Positions 30,749-42,796 of a DNA stretch of 64,000 nucleotides are shown here, piece by piece. The number at the start of each line of letters is the position of its first letter. Within the stretch, counting starts at the first letter, position 1. A model generated the notes under the pieces. It saw only the letters and a list, made by a program, of their open reading frames with translations. It did no database searches and was not told the origin of the DNA. The stretch is from Candidatus Oxydemutatoraceae bacterium (GTDB lineage Bacteria > Pseudomonadota > Gammaproteobacteria > Poriferisulfidales > Oxydemutatoraceae), in assembly GCA_965219575.1 (NCBI GenBank), contig OZ244779.1, positions 588,769-652,768 on the forward strand. The letters run 5' to 3'. Position numbers and translations under genes: made by a program.

Positions 30749-31450
30749 CTATCGGTGCGGCATCCAGCTTTTTAATGTCAGTGTGGTTTTGATTTTATCG
30801 CCGTCCAACTTTACGATCTTTATCGGCAGATAATCATGCTTCGGACTGAGCCAGTATATTTGATCCGGTTTTTCATTTTTGTATCGCTCTATGCGAATCG
30901 TATCAAACTTTTCTGCTGCAACTTCAATTATCTCCTCGCCTCGTTTTACGAAACGTCTCTCTTTCAATCGTCCATCGGAGATTAGGGTGTAATTTCGGTC
31001 AAAATCCGAGTCCAGTGTGTTGACAACATCGTCTCTCAGTTTGAGCTGAAAGGTGTTTTCATCTACCGTACCTTCTTTAATGTCCAGAGTAGATTGTTCG
31101 CCTTTATACAGCACTTGGGCTTTATAGTTTTTCCAATCAAAACGGTACACTTGTTTTTTGCTTTTGTTCGGAACCTCTTTTTCATAGACCAACGGTAGCC
31201 AGTGGTCGCTCTTTTTAATGATCTTGCTGTAACTATGCGCCCGAATGTTGAGAATGTGTCCTAATCCCCTAGGTTCTACCGCGCTTTTATACAAGAACTT
31301 ATGGTCTTCGCGTTTGAGGGCAACAGCCATCTCGGCAGCGGTGATGTTAGGAATGCCGATTTTATAAATCGCTTTGAACGACGATAACTCTTGCCCTATA
31401 CTTTGAACGGCAAGTGTGCCGTACAGAATTAATGCAAAAATATATCTCAT
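30749..31450 (-). CDS. DUF3108-like exported protein
   Basis: Signal peptide MRYIFALILY.., FDW, WLSPKHDYLPIKI. Confidence 0.7.
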   Translation of the reverse strand: MRYIFALILYGTLAVQSIGQELSSFKAIYKIGIPNITAAEMAVALKREDHKFLYKSAVEPRGLGHILNIRAHSYSKIIKKSDHWLPLVYEKEVPNKSKKQVYRFDWKNYKAQVLYKGEQSTLDIKEGTVDENTFQLKLRDDVVNTLDSDFDRNYTLISDGRLKERRFVKRGEEIIEVAAEKFDTIRIERYKNEKPDQIYWLSPKHDYLPIKIVKLDGDKIKTTLTLKSWMPHR

Positions 31451-34338
31451 GTCGTCGTCCAATCGTGGTATTCGTCCCATGCGGGACGTCTGCAAAGACC
31501 CGCATAATCGCAATATTTGCATACATTCTGCTTATTGCCCCACGCATTCAGGGGGTGTTCGGAATCGTAGTCGGTTTTAATGCTTAACAGCCTGCTTAGG
31601 TTTTTATTGCGGTATTCGGCAAGTTCTTCGCCGTGCAGAGTACGTTGCTCGCCTCTATTTTTAGCACCCAATGCCAAGTAGATTGCGGTATTGATGTTTT
31701 TATCGAGCAATGCATAGCTGGTTAGCTGTATGTGTTCGCCGTTTTTTATGTCTTTGTTGCTCGCTAAGCCACCGGTTTTATAGTCTACCAACATAGAACC
31801 TTTTTCGGTTTGTAAAATCAAGTCTGCGATACCCCGCATAGATAGATTTTCCGATAGTTCCTCTTCCAGTTCCTGCTCGGTGCCCGTTGACGATATGGCT
31901 TGTTCTCGTTGCCGTTCTATCATCCAATCTATGTAGTAGGTCATCGCTTCGTTCGCATCGGTGAACCAGAAATAATTTACATAATTACCGAATTTCGATT
32001 CCCTAAATTCTTCCCGTAATATCTCAAGCGCGAAGGAACTTATCTCGTAGCGTTTTTCAGCAACCCAAATCGGCGGGTCGTAACGCGCGTTGAGTCCGGC
32101 ATGTAATTCTTGCAAACATCGGTGCAGATAATTGCCATAGTCCATTGCATCCCAATAGTCGGATACTTCGCGGCGACTATAGATTTTCAAGATGTCGCGA
32201 GCGTAGAATCGGTATGGGCAATCTATCATTCGTTGATACCCGCCCACACTGAGCCGTTGCGGCCATAACCGCTTGGGTGCAGTCGGTGTTGCAATACTTT
32301 GCATCTGCGCTTCAAACCCCTGCTCGGTCGCCAAATTGAGCGATGAACATCGCTGCGCCATACTTTGCAACGCATAATCGCTCAAATCGTCGTACGCGAT
32401 TTTATGAAAATCACGAATTGCGGTGAGCCAAGCCGACGGCATCATCTGCCTGTCTTTGTTGTATTGCTGACAACTCAGCAATAGATGTTCGGCACTCTCC
32501 AACAAGGTTCTAAACAGCATGAATTGGGTGCCCACGGATTGCTCGTAAGTCTCAAGCCCTAATTCACGGCGAATGTTCTCGTTGATTAAGCCGCCGGTTT
32601 GCGGCGGGTGAGGAAAATGACTATGATCCAGTGCGACGATAGCCAGTGCATCAAATTGCATCAGTTCGGCTTGTCCGGGGTTCATTAAAAAGACACCGTG
32701 TTCGGGACAATCGGGCATAAAGTTGCTCTGCTCCAGATGATACAAAATCAAACTCTGCCATACACCGAAGCTCGCTCGCTCGCCCTCTATTTTGACTGCC
32801 TTATACAGCTGTTGTAACTCGGAGATTATCCGCTCCCCGGCGTGGTCTGCGGATAACTTTTTATACATGCCCAGTTTGTTCATCGCATCGAACAAACATC
32901 CAAAATAATCCGTATACGGATGCTCTGCCTCATCTCTTAACCGTACTATAGGAATCAACGCTGCGACAATTTTTTCGGCAAGTACGATTGATAGCGGGTT
33001 GCCGACAGCGACAGTCTTGATCTGCGCTAAGGCTTTATCAATAGGACTATGCCGTATCCGACGACTGCCGAGCAGGTGTTGTATATAATCTGCCGATGCA
33101 ATCGCATCGCTATGCTCTACCTCTAAATCGCAATACGGAGATCTCATCAGTTCCAACACCGTTTTGATGTCCGCCACACCCTCCGTATTACCTAAAACAT
33201 GCTTCAAAGCCGACGCACTGCTGGTGGTGGAAAGCTCCCAGCCGGAATAATCTATCAACGGGATATTGTATCTTTCAAAAATCGCTCCGATGCGCCGGCT
33301 CAATTTACGGTCCAAACTTATCAGCCCTATTTTTTGATGCTTTAGCTCCAACCAACGACGCACCGCAATATAAATACCCCATGCGTGTTCTTCGGTGGTC
33401 ATCGGAAAAAATAACCGCACTCTCTCGCTGAAAGGACTTGTGGCGGATGTTTCGGCAAACCGCCGCGCACGCTCCGCAAAAGGGATGCTTTTCGGGTCGG
33501 ACGAAACTCGGGCAGAGAATATGCTGTCCAGCAAACGGCTGTAGTCGGTATCGCTAGCGGTGAAAGCAGGCGGTTTCCCGACTTCCGCAGTGAGTTGCTC
33601 GGCGGTGTGTAGTACGGGATTATAAGCAACCGGAATAGCGGCGGCGTTTGCTTTGCTAATCCATGTTAGACGATTCTGCTTATATAAATTGCACGCCCAT
33701 TTCTCAAAGCACGGCGATAGGTGATTCATACCGCATAGATAGACATGCTCGTCGGGTTCGGTGTAGGTGTCCGTATTGAGCATCTTATACCAAGCAAAGG
33801 TCGGATAGTTCTTTTCATCGTATAGACTTTTCCATGTTTGCCATAAGGTTAAAAGTATGCGCGTATCGTCCTGCCATGTTGCAGCGAGCGTCTCGATATT
33901 TTTTTCCAAGCTGCCGTCGGCTTGCTCGGTCGCGTAATCGTATTCGCTGATTTTGTCGAAGACCGAAATGATCTCGTCGGCTAATTGCCATCTACTCGCA
34001 TTGGGGAATAGGTTTTTATATCGATGTAGCGCGGTTGCCAGACTTAATCCGGCACATAAACCCTTCGTTGTTTTATCGGTCGTTATATAACGCGCCGAGA
34101 ACAGCCGCTTCGGTGTTGCAATCGTCGGCGGGATGAGTGCTTCGTATCCTCGCCGCCGCGCTTCATCCGATAAGTGTTTGCGTAGTGTTAGGAACTGTAT
34201 TCTGATACGCGCAGTCGCTTCGGGGACGAGTATAACTGCGTTTGATAAATCGGGTAATTGTTCTGAAAAATCCGCGACTACGGTCTCGGCACAAAATGCC
34301 GAGAGATCGCTACGAAAAGGCAAAATATACGAAGGCAC
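31447..34338 (-). CDS. AddB-like PD-(D/E)XK nuclease with Fe-S cysteines
   Basis: CPYRFYA, RGIAD..VDYKTG, QL..Y, CKYCDYAGLC; degenerate helicase-like N-terminus. Confidence 0.8.
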   Translation of the reverse strand: MPSYILPFRSDLSAFCAETVVADFSEQLPDLSNAVILVPEATARIRIQFLTLRKHLSDEARRRGYEALIPPTIATPKRLFSARYITTDKTTKGLCAGLSLATALHRYKNLFPNASRWQLADEIISVFDKISEYDYATEQADGSLEKNIETLAATWQDDTRILLTLWQTWKSLYDEKNYPTFAWYKMLNTDTYTEPDEHVYLCGMNHLSPCFEKWACNLYKQNRLTWISKANAAAIPVAYNPVLHTAEQLTAEVGKPPAFTASDTDYSRLLDSIFSARVSSDPKSIPFAERARRFAETSATSPFSERVRLFFPMTTEEHAWGIYIAVRRWLELKHQKIGLISLDRKLSRRIGAIFERYNIPLIDYSGWELSTTSSASALKHVLGNTEGVADIKTVLELMRSPYCDLEVEHSDAIASADYIQHLLGSRRIRHSPIDKALAQIKTVAVGNPLSIVLAEKIVAALIPIVRLRDEAEHPYTDYFGCLFDAMNKLGMYKKLSADHAGERIISELQQLYKAVKIEGERASFGVWQSLILYHLEQSNFMPDCPEHGVFLMNPGQAELMQFDALAIVALDHSHFPHPPQTGGLINENIRRELGLETYEQSVGTQFMLFRTLLESAEHLLLSCQQYNKDRQMMPSAWLTAIRDFHKIAYDDLSDYALQSMAQRCSSLNLATEQGFEAQMQSIATPTAPKRLWPQRLSVGGYQRMIDCPYRFYARDILKIYSRREVSDYWDAMDYGNYLHRCLQELHAGLNARYDPPIWVAEKRYEISSFALEILREEFRESKFGNYVNYFWFTDANEAMTYYIDWMIERQREQAISSTGTEQELEEELSENLSMRGIADLILQTEKGSMLVDYKTGGLASNKDIKNGEHIQLTSYALLDKNINTAIYLALGAKNRGEQRTLHGEELAEYRNKNLSRLLSIKTDYDSEHPLNAWGNKQNVCKYCDYAGLCRRPAWDEYHDWTTT

Positions 34339-34340
34339 AT

Positions 34341-34664
34341 TTAGTATTCCAACAAACCCAATTTGTCCGGTTTATCTTTCCATTCGTCGGCATCGGGTGG
34401 GGCATCCTTCTTAACCGTTATCACCGGCCATTTTTGCGAAAGCTCGTCGTTCAATTTAAGAAACTGTTTCTGTGCCTCCTCCAAATCGTCTTCGGACAAA
34501 ATGGCATCTATAGGACACTCCGGCTCGCAAAGAGAACAATCAATACACTCTTCGGGGTCTATCACCAAAAAGTTAGGGCCCTCGTGAAAACAATCTACCG
34601 GGCACACCTCTACGCAATCGGTGTATTTGCATTTAATACAATTTTCTGTAACCACAAAAGTCAT
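34341..34664 (-). CDS. fdxA: 7Fe ferredoxin
   Basis: [30 protein letters not shown]. Confidence 0.96.
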   Translation of the reverse strand: MTFVVTENCIKCKYTDCVEVCPVDCFHEGPNFLVIDPEECIDCSLCEPECPIDAILSEDDLEEAQKQFLKLNDELSQKWPVITVKKDAPPDADEWKDKPDKLGLLEY

Positions 34665-34791
34665 ACCAAAACCTCATCAGTTGAAAAGCCTATTTTACAT
34701 GATAACCTACATGCGTGAGGACAGGCAGGCTATTTCCCTCCTTTGGAGAGGAATGTACCAGTATCGTACTTTTGGTTCTACAATCGGCAAT

Positions 34792-35316
34792 TCACTGGAG
34801 CGGACCCTCCAAAAAAACTTTACTGCGGATAAAAATAAATGGGTTTATAACAAACTTCAAAGCGCGATTCTCCTCATTAACTCGGTCAATGGGAGTCATA
34901 TAGTTATCAGTAAATGTGAGGAGCCTAACAGTTACGGTTCCAACTGTATCAGGATCATTCAATTCTAATTCTACTCTCACGCTTGGCCTACCTTCTGTGC
35001 AGATTGAGTATTCAGGGAAGGCTCTCTTTCTGAATGGTATAACTGAAGCGTTGTCACATTGATTATCCGTCATAGCACTCAAACGCTTAATTCCGTTAAA
35101 ACTGACACCATTAATTTGAGTCTGTGCTGTTGTCCCTGGAGTATTAATCACGCTGGGCAGGTTTATGGTGAACGTTATTGTGGAATTACCCGTTGAAGGA
35201 TCCGACAAGCCGATTACTTGATCACCCTGAGCAAAAGCTATATTTGCAGAGCAGACGAGCAATAAGCACAAACCAATACGGAGCAGTCCCCGTTGCAGAT
35301 ATTTCATTATGTACAC
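34792..35316 (-). CDS. Secreted hypothetical protein ending IRSKVFLEGPLQ (copy 1)
   Basis: Sec signal ending AFA-Q, beta-rich mature part with 2 Cys; paralogues at 35664 and 36926. Confidence 0.8.
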   Translation of the reverse strand: MYIMKYLQRGLLRIGLCLLLVCSANIAFAQGDQVIGLSDPSTGNSTITFTINLPSVINTPGTTAQTQINGVSFNGIKRLSAMTDNQCDNASVIPFRKRAFPEYSICTEGRPSVRVELELNDPDTVGTVTVRLLTFTDNYMTPIDRVNEENRALKFVINPFIFIRSKVFLEGPLQ

Positions 35317-35482
35317 ACCCTTTATAGAACTTTGTTGTACCTGTCATTATACCTTGTTATACGAAGATTCATCAGTGCATGAAATCATAGATCCGATTAC
35401 CCACAATACAACCTACATGTGTAGCGGGTTATCGTAGATTAGATGGATGAATGTTTTGTTTGTGCAGGTGCGACGCGCTCAG

Positions 35483-35597
35483 ACCACCTCGTCAGGCTGA
35501 ATAGAACCGCCGATTGAACCAGTAGGTCAATCGGCCATTATGATGTCCGCCCCTACGGTTCGTATATACTTTTTCAACAGCCCCGTCGTATCTGCAC
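35483..35597. repeat. Mosaic repeat with a single right-hand TIR
   Basis: Hairpin module, REP half, TACTTTTTCAACAGCCCC. Confidence 0.8.
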
Positions 35598-35663
35598 TAT
35601 TTAATTCTCCTCCTCTGGAGAGGAATGTACCAGTATCGTACTTGTGGTTCTGCAATCGGCAGT

Positions 35664-35853
35664 TCACTGGAGCGGACTTTCCAAAAAAACTTTACTGCGG
35701 ATAAAAATAGGTGGGCCAACTCCAGAGTAGGATTATTAATTTCGCGTACGCTCCGGCGACAGCCGTCAATGACTTCGGGTACCGCGTGGTCACCAAGAGA
35801 GGAGAGTTTGACAGCAAGCTGGCCTGCTGACATTACTGAAATCAGTGCTACTG
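35664..35853 (-). pseudogene. 3' remnant of a second IRSKVFLE(S)PLQ paralogue
   Basis: Ends GPPIFIRSKVFLESPLQ-stop after a 1-nt frameshift; downstream 55 nt match those of copy 1. Confidence 0.75.
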
Positions 35854-35946
35854 ATATGCTGATATACCAACTTGGTAATACTTGAGAACTAATCCGGCTT
35901 TATTTGATGTGTGCGTTGAAATGCTTTACACGCTAGCAGGCGATAA

Positions 35947-36252
35947 CTATTGATCTTTGTCCTTTCTCTTATCTTTATAATCTCGATACGAAATCAGAAA
36001 TTCAACAATAGCTTTTCCTGCATTCGCTACAGAACCGGTAGCTTTTGCAATCACCCCCACTACAAAAGCTATGAACCCTATAAATCCTGGGATAAAGATA
36101 TATGGATTATCGTATAAAATACCAAGCAACGTTGCTATCATAGCAATCACTCCTATCACTAGCACCGCCAATAAATCAATAAAACTGTTAGTGTTATTTT
36201 TAGTTACTTCATGTTGGCGGTACGCTACATTAAAGTGTGCAGTATCTCGCAT
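35947..36252 (-). CDS. Hypothetical 2-TM membrane protein
   Basis: GGAG RBS, two hydrophobic helices, charged C-terminus. Confidence 0.6.
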   Translation of the reverse strand: MRDTAHFNVAYRQHEVTKNNTNSFIDLLAVLVIGVIAMIATLLGILYDNPYIFIPGFIGFIAFVVGVIAKATGSVANAGKAIVEFLISYRDYKDKRKDKDQ

Positions 36253-36479
36253 TTATTCTCCCTTAAATTAGATTAATCAAAGTAAATTATACCACAAAAC
36301 ATGGCTTCCTACGGCTGTTGTACGATGCCATGACATATTGTATAATGCCAGATACATATTGGACTTAGATCTTTTGTGGATATATTATAGATACTGGTCG
36401 GCGTATGGCAGAGGTATGTATGATATTGACCCTGCTTACTGATTAGCATTCGATAACTTATATATAAGAAGATCTAAAA

Positions 36480-36701
36480 ATGTCTGAAATAGCGTTATAT
36501 AACACATTGAGAAAAATAGACGGTGTCACCGATGCCGAAGCAAAAGAAGCCGTTGCCGGTGTTGCAAATTCAAAAGATATGGCAACAAAAATGGATTTAT
36601 TGGAATTAAAAGACCAATTAACATGGCGCATGATAATTGTAGGATTAGGTGTTGCGGCGATAGTTATTGCCGCTGTTGGCTTAATGATTAGGTTTCTATA
36701 A
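36480..36701 (+). CDS. Small DUF1640/CCDC90-like protein, paralogue of 2144..2350
   Basis: MSEIALYN start, ATKMDL, GLMIRFL end. Confidence 0.65.
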   Translation: MSEIALYNTLRKIDGVTDAEAKEAVAGVANSKDMATKMDLLELKDQLTWRMIIVGLGVAAIVIAAVGLMIRFL

Positions 36702-36925
36702 TCGTTAATTTTTAATTCTCGGTGTTTGTTGTATCTTTGAAACTAGTGACCTAGAACTACTTCTGTTCGTACAATCACAATGTAAGCCAAGTGCCGTAGG
36801 GTAGTTTACAAATATTATTTGGGCGCAACGATTTCAAACTACCCCGTGGAAAAGCCTTACATTTTGTGATGTGTTAGCGTTCTGCACATCGTCACGCCGA
36901 TTGGTCTGCCGACGCAATCGGCAGT

Positions 36926-37431
36926 TTACTGGAGCGGACCTTCGAGAAAAACTTTACTGCGGATACGAATAGGCGGGCCAAACTCCCGAGAGCGATTCTC
37001 CTCATTAACTTCGTTAATAGGAGTCGTATAGAGATCACTAAATGCGCGGAGAGTAACAGTTACGGTTCCAACTCTATCAGGATTATTCAATTCTAATGTT
37101 ACGCTTACGCTTTGGCTATAGCCTGTGCAGATTGCGTATAAGGGGGGGTATCTTGTTCTTTAGCAACACTAAAGTTGCATCGATTATCCACCATGGCACT
37201 CAAACTTCCAATTTCGCTAATACTGATACCATCAATTTGAATCTGCACGTTTGCCAAGGCAGCAAACTCTATTATGCTGGGAAGGTTTATGGTGAACTTT
37301 ATCATGGCACCATTCCTTGAAGGTGCCGTCAAGCCGATTACTTGATCATCCTGAGCAAAAGCCCCATTTGCCGAGCAGACGAGCAATAGGCACAAACCAA
37401 TATGGAGCAGTGCGCGTTGCAGATATTTCAT
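36926..37431 (-). pseudogene. Frameshifted third IRSKVFLEGPLQ paralogue
   Basis: Homologous to copy 1 on both sides of a C7 tract (G7 at 37142-37148); one added C restores the frame to GPPIRIRSKVFLEGPLQ. Confidence 0.85.
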
Positions 37432-37537
37432 TATGTATATACCCTTTATGGAATTTTATTGTACCTGCCATTATACTTCGTTATACGAAAAATCATCAAT
37501 GCATGGAATCGTATTCCATAGCATTGTAAGGGAATGT

Positions 37538-37835
37538 GGGGCTGTTGAAAAAGTACTGTTTCTGCACAACTGCAACCGCTTGCGCCGTGAATTTATAATA
37601 ACCACCAAGCCGTAGGGGCAGACCTGTGTGTCTGCCCTTAAGTGCCGTTCTGCACAGCCGCAACCGCTTGCGCCATTTGGTTTTGGTTTCCATAAATCAG
37701 ATGAATGAATGTATAAATCGTCCATGCATAACGCGTTACGGGCGGACATGCAAGTCCGCCCCTACGGCGGTTTACAAATGTTCATGGCGCACAGCGATTG
37801 GGTTTGAGCAATGCCCGTACTTTTTCAACAGCCCC
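37538..37835. mobile_element. MITE-like TIR element with REP doublet
   Basis: Perfect TIRs GGGGCTGTTGAAAAAGTAC; ATGT on both flanks. Confidence 0.85.
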
Positions 37836-37844
37836 ATGTTGCCT

Positions 37845-38636
37845 CTACGGACGGTTATCAAACTCGGCAATTATCGGGGCATGGTCGGACGGGCGTTCTA
37901 GGGTGCGAGGGTGTTTGTCTATGGTGCTTGACAGACAGCGTTCGCAAAGTGCGGTGTCGGCGAGCAACAGGTCTATGCGCAGACCTGCGTTTTTATCAAA
38001 GCTATTGTTGCGATAATCCCACCAGCTAAAGGTATCTTCGGTTTTATGTTCAAACAGGCGGAAGGTGTCGGCGAGACCTAAGTCAAAGAAGGTCGCAAGC
38101 ATTCGGCGTTCGGGTTCGGTGCAGAGTATATGACCTGCCCATTTTTTAGGGTCGTGTACATCGGCATCGGCAGGGGCGATATTAAAGTCTCCCAAGACGA
38201 TAATGTGGCGGTGCGTTTGCATCTCGGCGGCGATGAAGGTTCTGATGTGTTCCAGCCATTTCAGTTTATAGTGATAGCGTTCGGAATCCACTTCGGAGCC
38301 GTTGACCACATAGAGGTTGACGATACGGACACCGTCTATGGTTGCGGCTAAAACCCGCTTGTCTTCGTCGTCTATATTTGCTACCTCGGTTTTTTCATCG
38401 CTCGCTTTGTCGCGATATAACAATGCGACTCCGTTATAACTTTTCTGCCCGCTGAACATGGCTTGATAACCTGCCGCTTTTATTTCCTCTATCGGAAATT
38501 GCTCGTCGGTGACTTTGGTTTCCTGAACGGCAAGTACATCGACTTGGGTCTGTTCGAGCCAATCCAATAACTGTGTGAGCCGCGTGCGTATAGAGTTGAC
38601 ATTCCACGATGCCACCGTAAATCTCTGTTTATGCAC
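37845..38636 (-). CDS. xth: Exodeoxyribonuclease III
   Basis: SWNVNSIR, VQETK, YNGVA, GDFNIAP, SWWDYR, PSDHAP. Confidence 0.96.
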   Translation of the reverse strand: MHKQRFTVASWNVNSIRTRLTQLLDWLEQTQVDVLAVQETKVTDEQFPIEEIKAAGYQAMFSGQKSYNGVALLYRDKASDEKTEVANIDDEDKRVLAATIDGVRIVNLYVVNGSEVDSERYHYKLKWLEHIRTFIAAEMQTHRHIIVLGDFNIAPADADVHDPKKWAGHILCTEPERRMLATFFDLGLADTFRLFEHKTEDTFSWWDYRNNSFDKNAGLRIDLLLADTALCERCLSSTIDKHPRTLERPSDHAPIIAEFDNRP

Positions 38637-38655
38637 GGATATAGGCTCTGAGGTG

Positions 38656-41058
<2,403 letters not shown>

Positions 41059-41438
41059 TCAGGGGTTTAGAGGTTAAAAACATGCTTGATAATGAGATTT
41101 AATTTAGTTTTTTTCAATCGTTATATTTTAGCACATACGGCACCGTAATTTCGGGTTTTTAAGTGCTTCGGAGGCTGTGTTTTTTAATGTATGTGCCACT
41201 TGATATGTTGAGGTTCTGCACAAATCACGCCGTTTGTTGTCGTTGCAACCACTTGTACTCCATAATTACGCAAGCTATCATTCCTCGCCGGAGAAGAGGA
41301 ATACTCCGCCCCAAATACACTATTTCCCAACATTTCATATCGTTTATCGGATATTTACTACGGTTCATCCGGTTGTCTAAAAACACCTTAAATATTCGCG
41401 CAAACTACGGGTTTTAACTAAAACTCACAGGAGATTTC

Positions 41439-42407
41439 ATGATAAAAGAACAACCTAAATATTTACCGCTGACAAAAGACATTGTCTTCAAACGATACTT
41501 TACCGGCAATAAACGATTACTGCTCTCGCTCATTAAGAGCTTCTTACCTATTTCCGATCATGTCTCGGATGTCGATGTCCTAAACCTCAAAACTTCTGCC
41601 GCCTCTAAAGAAGCAACCGAACAACAGCAACAGCAATCAGGCGATAAACTATGGCTCAAAGACACCTCCATTCCACCAAACAAACCACACGGCAAGCAGG
41701 TTGTCCTCGATCTCAGCGTCAAATTAAGTGGCGGAGAAAATGTCAACATAGAAATGCAAGTCGCCTTCCAAAAAAACTTCCTACTGAGAATGTTCGCCTA
41801 TTGGGCTTTGCTGTTTATTCAAGACCTAGACCGTGGCGATGACTATGCAAACCTCAACCCGACCTACTCGTTGGGATTTACCGAGTTCACGGTATTCAAA
41901 GGAAAGCACAACTTTATCGCTGAAATAGGATTTGTAGACCGCAACGAGATAGAATACCATTTTGATATTGGTGCAAAGATCGTCATAGTGGAATTGAATA
42001 AGTTCAAGAAGAGCTACCGCGACCTTGTTGATATGAAGGATAGGTGGTGCTATATTATTAAGCACTCGGCGGAATTGACCCCCGAGCAAGTAGCGTATTT
42101 ATCACAAGACGGAGAGACGAAAATGATATTAGAACATTTAGAGGAGATATCAAAAAGCAAAGAATCACACTGGGAGACTATAGATCGCATGAAGTATGAG
42201 ATAGGGATTCAGCTGGAGAGGCGCGGCGCGTTAAAGGAAGGCTTGGCAAAAGGTCGGATCGAAGGCATGGAGAGAGGACGAGTTCAAGGTATGGAGGAAA
42301 TCGCCTTAAATATGCTGCAAAAAGATTATGAGGTTTCGGAGATTTCCCAAGTCACAGGTTTATCCGTCCCCGAAATTAAAAAACTGAACCGCCGATTGAG
42401 CCGGTAG
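41439..42407 (+). CDS. Rpn-family recombination-promoting nuclease / PD-(D/E)XK putative transposase, copy 1
   Basis: DIVFK..F, LD..V..NIEMQ, EG..KG repeats, IALNML..SEISQVTGLS tail. Confidence 0.9.
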   Translation: MIKEQPKYLPLTKDIVFKRYFTGNKRLLLSLIKSFLPISDHVSDVDVLNLKTSAASKEATEQQQQQSGDKLWLKDTSIPPNKPHGKQVVLDLSVKLSGGENVNIEMQVAFQKNFLLRMFAYWALLFIQDLDRGDDYANLNPTYSLGFTEFTVFKGKHNFIAEIGFVDRNEIEYHFDIGAKIVIVELNKFKKSYRDLVDMKDRWCYIIKHSAELTPEQVAYLSQDGETKMILEHLEEISKSKESHWETIDRMKYEIGIQLERRGALKEGLAKGRIEGMERGRVQGMEEIALNMLQKDYEVSEISQVTGLSVPEIKKLNRRLSR

Positions 42408-42795
42408 GTCAATCGGCGTAACGTTTTACAGAGTCTTAATACGGGTATGTAGGTCGGACAAGCTAGGGCTTGTCCTCACGGATGCAGAGCGATGAAATTG
42501 TGCAAATCCGTACTATGCATGATACGGTGATTGTTTAATTTTCGATCTTTTCACAAGACAAATGACCGCCGATTGAGCCGGTAGGTCAATCGGCGATTCT
42601 ATTACGCTTGCCACCCCTCCGAAGGAGGGGAATGTACCGGCATTCCACCTTGTACAGACACTTCTGCAACCACCCCATGAAAAGGCTTACATTTTGTATA
42701 TATGCTAAGGTTCTACACAATGTTACGCCGATTGACCTACTGGTTCAATCGGCGGTTCTATTGCGCCTGCCACCCCTCCGAAGGAGGGAAATGTT
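42387..42795. repeat. Mosaic repeat cluster (three hairpin modules, two CCCCTCCGAAGGAGGG modules)
   Basis: Direct sequence comparison with other clusters. Confidence 0.85.
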
Positions 42796-42796
42796 C

